64,000 bases of DNA from an uncultured virus (IMG/VR IMGVR_UViG_3300021256_004112) (Duplodnaviria > Heunggongvirae > Uroviricota > Caudoviricetes): the IMG/VR virus record IMGVR_UViG_3300021256_004112. One strand, written 5' to 3'. The notes beneath the pieces were generated by a model that worked only from the letters and a program-made list of their open reading frames with translations, made no database searches and was not told where the DNA came from. Position numbers and translations under genes: made by a program. The stretch's first letter is position 1. Each line of letters starts with the position of its first letter. Positions 30,101-39,668 of the stretch are shown here, in pieces.

Positions 30101-31626
30101 GCCTTATCCGTTATCAATTCTTTTGTCTTAACTTCTTTTACTTCAATCGTATTATTCGGATTATGCAACGCATCATAAACAGTCTTGCCGGTAACCAGTT
30201 TAGTATCATCAGCAGTTACTGTACCCGTACCAATAGCGTCTGCCCACTGTTGCGCATAAGCAGCAACATTGGAAGCATCTTTTTCTGCTTTCGCTTCATC
30301 TAAACTGTCTACGGAATCTGCTGTGTTCTTCGCCTGTGTATCCAACGCTTTTAGGTTCAGGTTAACCGTATTAGAAGTACGCAAGAAGTTACTGCCGTTT
30401 ATAACATCATTTTCACCGACTTTATCGTCCAGTGCTTTCAGATTCTGTGCTACATTATTGGACGCTTTGATATAATGCCCGTCTGCTACCGTACCAATAC
30501 GGTTGGATAACGCAGTATCAGCAGCTTCACGGGCAGTCTTTTCATTATTCACTGCTGTAGTACGATTCGTCACTTCTGCGGCAATTGCATCCGCATTCTT
30601 TTTTGCCTGTGTATCTAATGCCGTTAAATTTTTAGAAACGTCATTTGTCGCAGACTTTTTAATATAACTACCATCCGCACTTACAGTACCGATACGATTA
30701 GACAATGCTGTGTCTGCATTTTCACGAGCAGTCTTTTCGTTATTGACAGCCGTAGTACGATTCGTCACTTCCGCTGCAATCGCATTAGCATTAGCCTTTG
30801 CCTGTGTATCTAACGCTGTCAGATTGGCCGCTGTGGTATTTCCTGTCTTGACATAATTGCCGTTACCGGACGGACGTACTTCGGAGTAAAGCTTACCACC
30901 GTCAATTAAGCCGGTGTTGCCCGATGCAACAGAGCCATTACCAGTAACGGAGATGCCGTTGGCATTGACGGTAACGTTAGTACCTGCTTTGGCGGAGAAA
31001 GTTGTACCGCTTAACGCCAAGCCATTGCCAGCAGTATATTTGGTATCAGTATCCTGTGTGGTAATTGTACCTTTTGTACCGTCGGCTTTAGTGTAAGTAA
31101 TGGTTTTCCCACTGGCAGATAAGCCTGTGATGGCGTCAGAAGAAGAACCACCTATTCCAGCTTTAGCAGTATTTAATTTTGTAGCCGAACCAAATGCTTG
31201 AATAGCTTCAGCCTCTGTTTTTTCTACCCAACCATTTGTAGCGCCATCCTCGGTTCCGGTATCAACCCAACCTACTTGAAAATAACGATAAGTATTATTA
31301 TCCAAATTTTTTGCTATGAGAAATTGTTTAGCGTTTGATTGAACTGTAAAACTTTCGAACAACCAATTTCCGCCTAAAAAAGTCCTATTAATGTCAGAAT
31401 AATATCCCGCCAACTGATGAAGATATTCAAGTCTTCCCTCTGCTTTAACAGAATTTACAATCCATGGATTTAATAATGTCCCAAACATAGCTAACGTAGT
31501 GAACGCTATACGAGATGTTTTTACAACACCTGACTTCGGTGCTTTGCTATGTGACCGTGCAAATTCACACACCGCCACATACATGTTTTTGGTCTTTGAC
31601 CATACCAGTTTGTAAATTTTGTTCAT
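27139..31626 (-). CDS. Trimeric autotransporter adhesin (ESPR, beta-solenoid repeats, YadA anchor, SLH)
   Basis: MNKIYKLVWSK ESPR; many GKDLTVxG repeats; GAQAAALAGL...GNYKGE anchor; FPDVPNGHWA...GYPDGTF SLH. Confidence 0.92.
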   Translation of the reverse strand: MNKIYKLVWSKTKNMYVAVCEFARSHSKAPKSGVVKTSRIAFTTLAMFGTLLNPWIVNSVKAEGRLEYLHQLAGYYSDINRTFLGGNWLFESFTVQSNAKQFLIAKNLDNNTYRYFQVGWVDTGTEDGATNGWVEKTEAEAIQAFGSATKLNTAKAGIGGSSSDAITGLSASGKTITYTKADGTKGTITTQDTDTKYTAGNGLALSGTTFSAKAGTNVTVNANGISVTGNGSVASGNTGLIDGGKLYSEVRPSGNGNYVKTGNTTAANLTALDTQAKANANAIAAEVTNRTTAVNNEKTARENADTALSNRIGTVSADGSYIKKSATNDVSKNLTALDTQAKKNADAIAAEVTNRTTAVNNEKTAREAADTALSNRIGTVADGHYIKASNNVAQNLKALDDKVGENDVINGSNFLRTSNTVNLNLKALDTQAKNTADSVDSLDEAKAEKDASNVAAYAQQWADAIGTGTVTADDTKLVTGKTVYDALHNPNNTIEVKEVKTKELITDKATIKELESDKATIKELHTDTLEVNKEATFHDNATFEKDIEVKGTTTTKTLHVTENATVDGDLTVNGKSTFKDDVTMEKSLRVDGDGSFGGDLTVEGDTKLEGDLTVDGKSTFNDDVTMKKNLDVDGKATVGSLEVEGNGKVNGNWTVLGNQSVEGNSHIYGNQTVDGKSTVGSQEVLGDSIINGNQTIKKDLTVEGKSHLKGDVTMDNNAEIGKNLTVKGDSDLQGNAHVGKDLTVDGNADIGKDLHVTGESKLDGKVTMGSDASVAGNFSVAGKTELKDTLVDGVLEVNKEATFHDNVAMDKDLAVAGNASIGKDLTVEGTSTLKGDVTAESNMTVKGDSDLQGNADIGKDLHVKGQSQLDGNTTIGTEDSPADLLVNGNATVKGDTSMEGNANIGKDLTVEGVSNLKGNTTIGTEDAPADLLVNGNATVTGDSDLQGNANIGKDLTVEGTSTLKGDVFMNSNADIGKDLHVAGVTQLDGNTTIGTDDKPADLTVTGNSDLKGDVNIGGDLHADNGTSYFDKSIWHEGEEHQVEINETGIRVGLNSTHIDAHGVYAGGHNWDEAKAAMHEDGRIKGIYGYIEKDLEVGGNADVKGNLDVDGDTNIGGNTTIQQNLTVNGDSNFAGDVTMQKNLTVEGDSTVKGNHTVEQNLTVNGDSNFAGDVTMNKNLSVAGDTNIAGNTTIHRDLTVDGNSNVHGSSRVDKDFSVGGNSSFDGNVTMHKDLKVDGNANVGGTLVADKIIAGGKDMNNEIKRLDDRVDTVGAQAAALAGLHPIEYDPSQKWNIAASMGNYKGETAAAIGLFYRPSDRVMMNVGGTVGNSDNMLNFGISYALSKGTGASKSALQQQVKAQNAKIANMERAMQDMANKLSSLSLITDRKASFPDVPNGHWAKNAVDTLHGNNMVQGYPDGTFKGDKPMTRYEYAEMLFNALSKGGNVKKEHVQQYAPELRQIARKAGRPEVLKGYNIVVADNDANMQAAGQAYNARH
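30849..31125. repeat. Left arm of ~270-bp imperfect inverted repeat (partner 32125-32400)
   Basis: Both arms encode ..TITYTK.GTITTQDTDT.Y.AGNGL.L.GTTFSAKAGTNVTVNANGISVTGNG.VASGNTGLIDGGKLY.EVRP..NGNYV on opposite strands. Confidence 0.85.
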
Positions 31627-31850
31627 AGTTAAAGTCCCCCTGTGTAAATAAATTATAAAATCAAAAAGCAAATATATAGTTTTAATCTTTACCATTAAAG
31701 ATATATATTTGTTTTTTAATGTAGTTTTATTATTTTAAGTTCTGAAAGGGGAAAAGAGACATGAACAGAGTATTTAAAGTAGTTTGGAACAAAGCAAGGA
31801 ACTGCTATATGGTAGTTTCCGAGCTGGCAAAAAGAAGAACAAAAGCACCG
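31545..31850. repeat. Divergent ESPR/promoter module, directly repeated at ~38740-39045
   Basis: Near-identical intergenic spacer and both flanking ESPR starts in the two copies. Confidence 0.9.
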
Positions 31851-32408
31851 AAAAGTAATGTATTTAGTAAAATATTGGTTGCGGGTGTGTTAGCATGTGT
31901 ATTATGTCCTACTTCTTTGGTTCTTGCCAGAAATTATTCAAGTAATAGTTATAGTTTTGAATTTGTTGATGACAGTAATTCACAAACTGTTGCTGGTGAT
32001 ACGATTACAGGTATTCGAATTATATATGAGACTTCAGAAACTGGCTACCATACTTTTGACAAAGTTTTTTCGATTGGTGCTTCTGGGAGTTCATCATCAA
32101 GTTCAGACCCAAATGCCATTTACAGTTTGTCTGCAAATGGTAGGACGATTACCTATACAAAAGGTAATGGTGCAACGGGGACGATTACTACCCAGGATAC
32201 TGATACGACATATTCTGCTGGTAATGGTCTTTCATTAAACGGTACGACATTTTCTGCGAAAGCAGGTACTAACGTTACCGTCAATGCTAATGGAATTTCC
32301 GTTACTGGGAATGGTACGGTAGCATCAGGTAATACCGGCTTGATTGACGGCGGTAAACTCTACACCGAAGTCCGTCCCGCCGATAACGGCAATTATGTAA
32401 TGAGCTGA
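31761..32408 (+). CDS. Anchor-less adhesin N-terminal cassette (ESPR + variable region + stalk start)
   Basis: MNRVFKVVWNKARNCYMVVSELAK; stops two residues after NGNYV. Confidence 0.8.
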   Translation: MNRVFKVVWNKARNCYMVVSELAKRRTKAPKSNVFSKILVAGVLACVLCPTSLVLARNYSSNSYSFEFVDDSNSQTVAGDTITGIRIIYETSETGYHTFDKVFSIGASGSSSSSSDPNAIYSLSANGRTITYTKGNGATGTITTQDTDTTYSAGNGLSLNGTTFSAKAGTNVTVNANGISVTGNGTVASGNTGLIDGGKLYTEVRPADNGNYVMS

Positions 32409-32977
32409 CACGCTATCCATTCCCCAAAATTCACTCTACCAACATAACAAAAAACCGTGTTTTTCTCCAAAAAACAACAACCAAAAAACAAAATTTTGAC
32501 GAAATTTACAAATTGTCTCGGAAGAAGGGATTTAGAGAAACCGTAATCTATCTCATGTTTCACCGTTTAAGGATTGCTAAATATCATTCCTCGGAAATAA
32601 AATACCAATCCGTCCCATCCCTTCATTCCCCCACCAATAATGTTAGTAATACCACCGAAAATGCTATAAAGAACACAAAAAAACAACCCCACGCCATAAA
32701 TACGGCATGGAGTTTTACGCTTATATTTCCCTTTATCCCTTTCTTTATTGACCCGTCTTTCGCTTTTATGACCAAGCCTGCGGGTAGCGTAGCATCCAAC
32801 CCGCAAGTCTAATGTCCCCCCCGCCAGCATCGCGCCCAGACGGGGTATTTTATTGTGTCGCAATATCATCATCCATCCCCCTTCCCTTGCAAAAGAAAAG
32901 GGGTAGAAGCCCTTTTTTAAAGGAACTTCTACCCAAATGAGGAGATAACCCCATGGACGCTAAATCAGTTAATATCG

Positions 32978-35900
32978 TTAGTTAATATCATATTCCGCTA
33001 ATACATCGGCTCTGCCTGTTTCTTCCGCAATCTGCTGCAGTTCAGGTGCATATTCCTGTACATGTGATTTATCTACATTCCCACCTTTCGATAAGGCATT
33101 GAACAGCATTTCTGCGTATTCGTAGCGGGTCATCTTTTGGTCGCCCTTGAACTCGCCGTCTGGATATCCCTGTACCATATTGTTGCCATGTAAGGTTTCA
33201 ACGGCTTTGTTTGCCCAGTGGTCTTTCGGCACATCGGGGAATTCTGCAGTCTTGCCTTCGATTAAGGACAGGCTGCCTAATTTTTGCGCCATAGCCTGCA
33301 TTGCGGATTTCAAAGAAGCAATTTCTTTATCCTGCGCATTCATCTTTTTCGCCATCGCCACTTTACTCATGCCATAATTCTTACCTTTGTTGAGGGCGAA
33401 GCTCAAAGAAGCATTCAGCATATTATCGGAATTACCGACTGTACCGCCGACACCGAACAGGACGCTATCGGTAGGTTTATAGAATAATCCAACCGCTGCG
33501 GCATTCTCACCTTTGTAATTACCGTAAGAAGCGGCCATACTCCATACCTGGTCGGCATCCATATCCACAGGACGTAAGCCAGCTAACGCTGCCGCCTGTG
33601 CGCCAGTCTTATCAATACGGGTATCTAAGCGTTTGAATTCCTGACTCATATCTTTTCCGTCGGAAGTCAAAATACGGTCGGCGATTACTGTACCGTTCAC
33701 TACGGTATCCCCATCCACTTTTAAATTCTTTGTAACATGGGTGTTCCCATCAATAGTGGTATTCCCGCCCACATGCAGGTTACGGTCAACGGTTACATTG
33801 TTGTGGAAATGGGTATCTCCACCAACTTCCAAATTCTTTGAAACATACTGGCTACCGTCTACATAACTATCGCCAGCCACATGCAGGTTACGGTTCACAT
33901 TCACATTGTTATGGAAATTAGCGTCCCCGCCAACCTCGAAATTATTGGCAACATACTGACTTCCGTCCACATAGCTGTCCCCGCCCACATGAATATCCTT
34001 CCGTACATTCACGTTTTCATTAAAGATGGAAGGTCCTTCAAATACGGACGTACCGCCTACGTGTAAGTTCTGAGAAATATTGGTGTTGCCGTCTACATAG
34101 GTATCGCCACCCACATGCAGGTCTTTCGTAACATTGGTATTCCCGTGTAAATGAGTATCCCCGCCAACATGGATGTCTTTCATGATAGTTACATTTTTGT
34201 TAAAGGTACTGTCCCCTTCAAAGGTAGAATCTCCACCTACATGTAAATCCTGCTGAATGTTAGTATTTCCATCAAGGTAGGTGTTACCGCCAACATGGAA
34301 GTCCTGTTGTACATCGGCGCTTCCGTCAATTTTGGTATCGCCGTTCACGGTCAAATTCTTCTGAATAGTGGTATTCCCCTCGAAAGTGGAATCCCCGCCA
34401 ACGGAGAAGTTATTGTTTACCCGAGCGTCTTTGTTCACAGTGAGATTCTGTTCAACAGTTTGGTTGCCTTTTACATTGGAATCGCCTTCTACGGTCAGGT
34501 TACCATCTACGCCCATATCACCGTTAAACTGTGTACTGCCTTCCACAATCATGTCTTTCTTGACAATTAGGCTACCATTGACGGACAAGTCTTTTTCCAC
34601 AGTAGCATTGCCTTTCATGTTGGTATCGCCGTCAACGGTTAAATCACCGCCAACGCCGGCATTCCCAGTTACCCCAAGGTCACCACCAACATCTGCATTC
34701 CCGCCGACAGACAGGTCTTTTTCAAAGTTGCCATAGATACCTTTTACCCGCCCGTCTTCGTGCATAGCGGCTTTGGCTTCATCCCAATTATGTCCACCAG
34801 CATAGATACCATGTGCATCCATATGAGTACTGTTCAAACCGACGCGGATACCCGTTTCATTGATTTCTACCTGATGTTCTTCGCCTTCATGCCAAATGGA
34901 TTTGTCGAAATAGGAAGTCGTGCCGTTGTCCGCATGTAAATCCCCGCCGATATTCACATCCCCTTTTAAGTCGGTGTTGCCCGTTACAGCTAAATCAGCA
35001 GGTGCTTCTTCTGTACCAATGGTTGTGTTGCCGTCTAACTGGGACGCACCTTTCACATGCAGGTCTTTGCCGATTTCAGAGTTACCCGTTACGGTAGAAT
35101 TTCCGTTTACAGTCAAATTAGCGTTTATGCCTTCCGTACCGATGGTAGTATCCCCACGCAGTTCAGACGTACCGTTTACGGTTTGATTACCCCGTGCCGT
35201 TATATTGTTCGCAGAAATATCACCCATAGATTCAATATCTCCGCCAACCACCATACCTTTGGTAACTGCCATAGTCCCTTCTACCAAAGTTGATTTCAGA
35301 TAAGTCGTACCATTAACCGTCAGGTCTTTATCCATTGTTACATCATCATGGAAATTGGATTTGCCCGTTACATCCAAATCCCCGCCAAAGGAACCATTAC
35401 CAGCTACGGACAGGTCTTTCCCCACAGAAGCGTTGCCGTCTACAGATAAATCCTTACCTACATGAGCGTTCCCCTGCAAGTCAGAATCACCCTTAACGGT
35501 TAAATCCTTACCCACTTCGGCATTGCTCTGCATCTGTACATCGCCAGCCAAAGTAGATTTCCCATCAACAGTTAAATCTTTACCAACATGGGCGTTTCCC
35601 TGCATATCAGTATCACCTGTTACAGTGGAATTGCCGTTCACCAGTAAATCAGCAGGAGCTTCTTCACTACCGATGGTGGTGTTACCGTTCAGATTGGTTG
35701 TACCATTAACGGTCAAGCCGTCGCCTTCTTCGCCGTTTCCTACAGTAAAGGTATCGGTCACTTCACCCGTGCCGTTGACTTTCAGCCAACCGTTATCAGC
35801 ACCTTCTTTACCAATAGCCAGTCCAGCTCCAGTATCATTATTACCGATAGTGGTATTCCCGCCAACCTCCAATGTACCGGAAATGGTTTCGTTCCCTTCT

Positions 35901-38821
35901 ACCGTCAAGTTGGCGTTTTGGTCTTTCGTACCGATACGGGTATCCCCGTCCAACTGAGATTTACCATCTACATGGAAGTCACCTTGTACCTCACTGTTTC
36001 CTTTTACGATTTGGTTGCCATTTATAAGAGAGTCGCCCAATACTTCTTGTGAACCGACGGTAGATTTACCTTTTACAGTTTCATCACCGTTAATTGTCAC
36101 GTTTTTATCAAAAGTAGCATTGTCTTTCACGTTCAATGTACCTTCAACGGTTTCATTACCTTTTACGGTTTGATTACCGCCAATGACGCTGTTCCCCAAA
36201 ATTTCCTGAGAACCAGCGGTTAATTTACCAACCACTTCGGCGTTCCCGTTGGTTTTAGAATCTCCGTTCACAAGGAACGTGCCATTGACTGTGGTATCTT
36301 TCAGCTCAGTTTTGCCATCAACCTTTAACCCGCCTTCGCCGACTTTTACAGTGCCGGCTTCCACTGTGCCAGTGGTTCGAATCGTACCATCCCCAGCGTC
36401 AATCGTACCGCCATTTGTATTGATACCACCACCTTCGGTATCAATCGTGCCACCACCAGTTTCAATGCCACCACCTTCAGTATCAACCTTACCACCTTTA
36501 GTGCCGATATCGCCACCGCCGGTGCTGAGATTCTTATTATCCATGATTAAGTCGCCAAGGATAGTAACGTTACGGTTAAACACGGCGTTGTCCTTAAATT
36601 CAGACTGCCCGGTCACCGTAAGCTTCCCGCCGATATCGGAATTACCTGTTACGGTTTGGTTGCCCGTGATTTTTGTATTTCCATTCAAGTTAGACGGTCC
36701 GTTCACAGTTAAAGTTCCGTCAATCGTCGTATCATCCAGTGTTGTATTTCCATCAACATCAAAATTTCCAGTTACAGACTGGTTTCCTTTTACAGTAACA
36801 TTCTTATCAAAGGTAGCATCGTCAGTCGCTTCTATGGTAGAAACAGTGGTTTTTCCTGTTACGGATAATGTACCGCCAACGGTAGAGTTACCCGTTACCG
36901 TAGAAGAAGCGGATTTTACATTGCCGCTATACTCCGCAGTAGAACCCGTAGTCTTACCAGTTACATTTAATGCACCGCCAATGTTTTCGTTGCCAGTTAC
37001 AGTAGAATTTCCTGTAATCTTTGTATTTCCGTTCAGGTTGGACGGTCCGTTTACGGTCAGAGTACCATCAATGGTCGTATCATCCAATGTGGTGTTACCG
37101 TCTACATCAAAGTTGCCCGCAACGGATTCGTTGCCTTTTACGGTCACATTCTTATTGAAAGTAGCATCACCTGTTGCTTCTATGGTAGAAACAGTGGTTT
37201 TACCTGTTATGGATAATGTGCCACCAACGGTGGAGTTACCAGTTACTGTGGAAGACGCGGATTTAATATTCCCGCTATATTCTGCCGTAGAACCCGTAGT
37301 CTTACCCGTAACATTTAATGTACCGCTTACGGTTTCATTGCCGTTAACGGTCAGATTCTTGGTTGTGGTAGTCCCGTTCAGGGTAGTTGAACCAGTAACA
37401 GTCAAAGCACCGCCAACAGATTCATTCCCCGTTACGGTTTCATTTCCTGTAATCGTTGTATTCCCTTTCAGATTAGATGGACCGTTCACGTTCAGTGTAC
37501 CATCAATATCGGTATCATCCAATGTGGTTTTACCGTCAACATCTAAATCCCGCTGCATATACACATTCTTGGTAAATGTGGTATCGTTGTTGAATTCCAT
37601 TTCACTGGAAGAATGGATTTTACCCGTTACAAACAGGTCGCCAGCAATCGTAGCGTCATCGTTTACCTTTAAGGTGCCGGTAGTCGTCTTACCAGCAACA
37701 GTAGAATTGCCGTTAATACTGGTGTTTCCTTTTACCGTCAGGTCTTTATCGAACGTACCGTTACCGACAGACTCAAATGTACCGCCGACTTTTGTAATAC
37801 CAGTAGTTTCCATAGAACCTGCGGTTACTTTACCAGTAACAGTCTCATTACCGTTCACGGTCAAATTAGCATTCGCACCCGTAGTACCAATCGTAGTATT
37901 TCCACGAAGAGCAGAAGTGCCTTCCACTGTCAGAGAATCCAAGGTAGTCGCCCCTGCGTCAACAACACCTAATGTGGATTTACCCGTAACACCCAATGTA
38001 CCGGATACGGTTTCATTACCGTTCACCGTCAGATTCTTAGTAGTGGTAGTCCCGTTCAAGGTAGTTGCGCCAGTAACGGTCAATGTCCCGCCAATACTTT
38101 CATTCCCACCTACAGAAGCATTACCTGTCGTAGAAACAGTCTTAAATTTTGCGTCTACCGTACTACCTGTCAGCGCATCATATACACCATCGCTGGTAGC
38201 TAAATTAGTATTTCCATTTGCAATATCATGCGTTCCAGTTACATTGATACCGCTTCCATTAACGGTAACGTTAGTACCAGCTTTAGCGGAAAATGTTGTG
38301 CCGCTTAATGCCAATCCATTGCCAGCGGTGTATTTGGTATCGGTATCCTGCGTGGTAATCGTACCAGTTGTACCATCGGCTTTTGTATAGGTGATTGTCT
38401 TTCCGCTGACAGACAGACCTGTAATGGCGCCGATGGAACCACCTACAGTACCCCAGACTTCTGCTGAATAAAATCTCTCGTCATATTCCCGAGTGCCAGC
38501 ATTATATAAAATAGTTAACTCACCCGTTGATTTATTTTTAGCTAACCACAAATGTGCCCAGGTAGAACCCTCATCATCCGTTTCTATTACTGAGGACTGA
38601 TGAGATTGAATGTCATAATATTTCCATAATTCACTTGCACCAATAGCTGCATTAGCAGGTGCTACTGTACCAAAAGACAAAACTGTTGCCAGTACGCCTG
38701 CTACCACGGCACGGCTAATTATGCCGGATTTTGGCGCTTTCGTATGCGATTTGGCAAATTCACACACCGCCACATACATGTTTTTGGTCTTCGACCATAC
38801 CAGTTTGTAAATTTTGTTCAT
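32978..38821 (-). CDS. Trimeric autotransporter adhesin (ESPR, long beta-solenoid, YadA anchor, SLH)
   Basis: Same architecture as 27139-31626, with a shared FDKSIWHEGEEHQVEINETG block. Confidence 0.92.
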   Translation of the reverse strand: MNKIYKLVWSKTKNMYVAVCEFAKSHTKAPKSGIISRAVVAGVLATVLSFGTVAPANAAIGASELWKYYDIQSHQSSVIETDDEGSTWAHLWLAKNKSTGELTILYNAGTREYDERFYSAEVWGTVGGSIGAITGLSVSGKTITYTKADGTTGTITTQDTDTKYTAGNGLALSGTTFSAKAGTNVTVNGSGINVTGTHDIANGNTNLATSDGVYDALTGSTVDAKFKTVSTTGNASVGGNESIGGTLTVTGATTLNGTTTTKNLTVNGNETVSGTLGVTGKSTLGVVDAGATTLDSLTVEGTSALRGNTTIGTTGANANLTVNGNETVTGKVTAGSMETTGITKVGGTFESVGNGTFDKDLTVKGNTSINGNSTVAGKTTTGTLKVNDDATIAGDLFVTGKIHSSSEMEFNNDTTFTKNVYMQRDLDVDGKTTLDDTDIDGTLNVNGPSNLKGNTTITGNETVTGNESVGGALTVTGSTTLNGTTTTKNLTVNGNETVSGTLNVTGKTTGSTAEYSGNIKSASSTVTGNSTVGGTLSITGKTTVSTIEATGDATFNKNVTVKGNESVAGNFDVDGNTTLDDTTIDGTLTVNGPSNLNGNTKITGNSTVTGNENIGGALNVTGKTTGSTAEYSGNVKSASSTVTGNSTVGGTLSVTGKTTVSTIEATDDATFDKNVTVKGNQSVTGNFDVDGNTTLDDTTIDGTLTVNGPSNLNGNTKITGNQTVTGNSDIGGKLTVTGQSEFKDNAVFNRNVTILGDLIMDNKNLSTGGGDIGTKGGKVDTEGGGIETGGGTIDTEGGGINTNGGTIDAGDGTIRTTGTVEAGTVKVGEGGLKVDGKTELKDTTVNGTFLVNGDSKTNGNAEVVGKLTAGSQEILGNSVIGGNQTVKGNETVEGTLNVKDNATFDKNVTINGDETVKGKSTVGSQEVLGDSLINGNQIVKGNSEVQGDFHVDGKSQLDGDTRIGTKDQNANLTVEGNETISGTLEVGGNTTIGNNDTGAGLAIGKEGADNGWLKVNGTGEVTDTFTVGNGEEGDGLTVNGTTNLNGNTTIGSEEAPADLLVNGNSTVTGDTDMQGNAHVGKDLTVDGKSTLAGDVQMQSNAEVGKDLTVKGDSDLQGNAHVGKDLSVDGNASVGKDLSVAGNGSFGGDLDVTGKSNFHDDVTMDKDLTVNGTTYLKSTLVEGTMAVTKGMVVGGDIESMGDISANNITARGNQTVNGTSELRGDTTIGTEGINANLTVNGNSTVTGNSEIGKDLHVKGASQLDGNTTIGTEEAPADLAVTGNTDLKGDVNIGGDLHADNGTTSYFDKSIWHEGEEHQVEINETGIRVGLNSTHMDAHGIYAGGHNWDEAKAAMHEDGRVKGIYGNFEKDLSVGGNADVGGDLGVTGNAGVGGDLTVDGDTNMKGNATVEKDLSVNGSLIVKKDMIVEGSTQFNGDMGVDGNLTVEGDSNVKGNQTVEQNLTVNKDARVNNNFSVGGDSTFEGNTTIQKNLTVNGDTKIDGSADVQQDFHVGGNTYLDGNTNIQQDLHVGGDSTFEGDSTFNKNVTIMKDIHVGGDTHLHGNTNVTKDLHVGGDTYVDGNTNISQNLHVGGTSVFEGPSIFNENVNVRKDIHVGGDSYVDGSQYVANNFEVGGDANFHNNVNVNRNLHVAGDSYVDGSQYVSKNLEVGGDTHFHNNVTVDRNLHVGGNTTIDGNTHVTKNLKVDGDTVVNGTVIADRILTSDGKDMSQEFKRLDTRIDKTGAQAAALAGLRPVDMDADQVWSMAASYGNYKGENAAAVGLFYKPTDSVLFGVGGTVGNSDNMLNASLSFALNKGKNYGMSKVAMAKKMNAQDKEIASLKSAMQAMAQKLGSLSLIEGKTAEFPDVPKDHWANKAVETLHGNNMVQGYPDGEFKGDQKMTRYEYAEMLFNALSKGGNVDKSHVQEYAPELQQIAEETGRADVLAEYDIN

Positions 38822-38953
38822 AGTTATAGTCCCCCTGTGTAAATAAATTAAAAAATCAAAAAGCAAATACATAGTTTTAATCGCTATTAAAGATATATAT
38901 TTGTTTTTTAATGTAAGTGTTATTATTTTAAGTTCTGAAAGGGGAAAAGAGAC

Positions 38954-39589
38954 ATGAACAAGGTATTTAAAGTCATTTGGAGCAAAGCAAGGAACTGCTA
39001 TATGGTAGTTTCCGAGCTGGCGAAACGTAGGACAAAATCGCCGAAGTCCGGCATAATTAACCATGCAGTGTCAACCAGCGTATTAGCGTCATTTTTATCG
39101 TTTGGTGTTATATTGTCTGCTCCGGCAGAGGCGCGTACTACCGTTTCATTAATTGATAGGGGTAGTAGTTATGCATATGCTTTAATAAATAACACCAGAT
39201 ACGAATACGGAACCGCTAATTTCAATAAAATAAAAACTATATTGGACAAAGTACGGGCTTCATCGTCTAATATATCAACAAATAGCTTTTATGGTGAAAG
39301 CGATTCAGGAATTGCAATGGTTCAAGGCATAAATGTATTAGGAAATTTTGCATCATATAAATATGTTGACGGTTGGCAAAGTTCTAACGGAGACCCGAAC
39401 GAGGAACATTTGATTATTTCCAATGATATAACAATTAATGATTTAGACAAAATTATTACTGATTTAAATAGCGGTGGTAGCGGTTCATCCGACTTCACAA
39501 GGTCCGATAACGGCGATTATGTAACTTTAAACCCACAAATTTCATTTTCAAGAAAATATAACAAAAAATACTGTTTTTCACAAAATTGA
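38954..39589 (+). CDS. Second anchor-less adhesin N-terminal cassette
   Basis: MNKVFKVIWSKARNCYMVVSELAK, unrelated variable region, DNGDYV motif, then ~20 AT-rich codons to the stop. Confidence 0.8.
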   Translation: MNKVFKVIWSKARNCYMVVSELAKRRTKSPKSGIINHAVSTSVLASFLSFGVILSAPAEARTTVSLIDRGSSYAYALINNTRYEYGTANFNKIKTILDKVRASSSNISTNSFYGESDSGIAMVQGINVLGNFASYKYVDGWQSSNGDPNEEHLIISNDITINDLDKIITDLNSGGSGSSDFTRSDNGDYVTLNPQISFSRKYNKKYCFSQN

Positions 39590-39668
39590 AATACAAAAAA
39601 CAAATAGTCAATCTCAAAAAAAGCAGAATCCTTTTCTACGGAATTCTGCCCTAATTGTTTTAGCTACC

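Noticed and set aside
28370..34990. Near-identical adhesin blocks as a DGR template/variable pair
   Set aside because: Both copies are in coding paralogues, the encoded peptides are almost identical, and no RT is present.
36249..38390. 713-aa plus-strand ORF and similar V/P/T/S-rich ORFs (728-1399, 27878-31096, 34368-35957)
   Set aside because: Antisense shadows of the repetitive adhesin codons; no independent domain signal.
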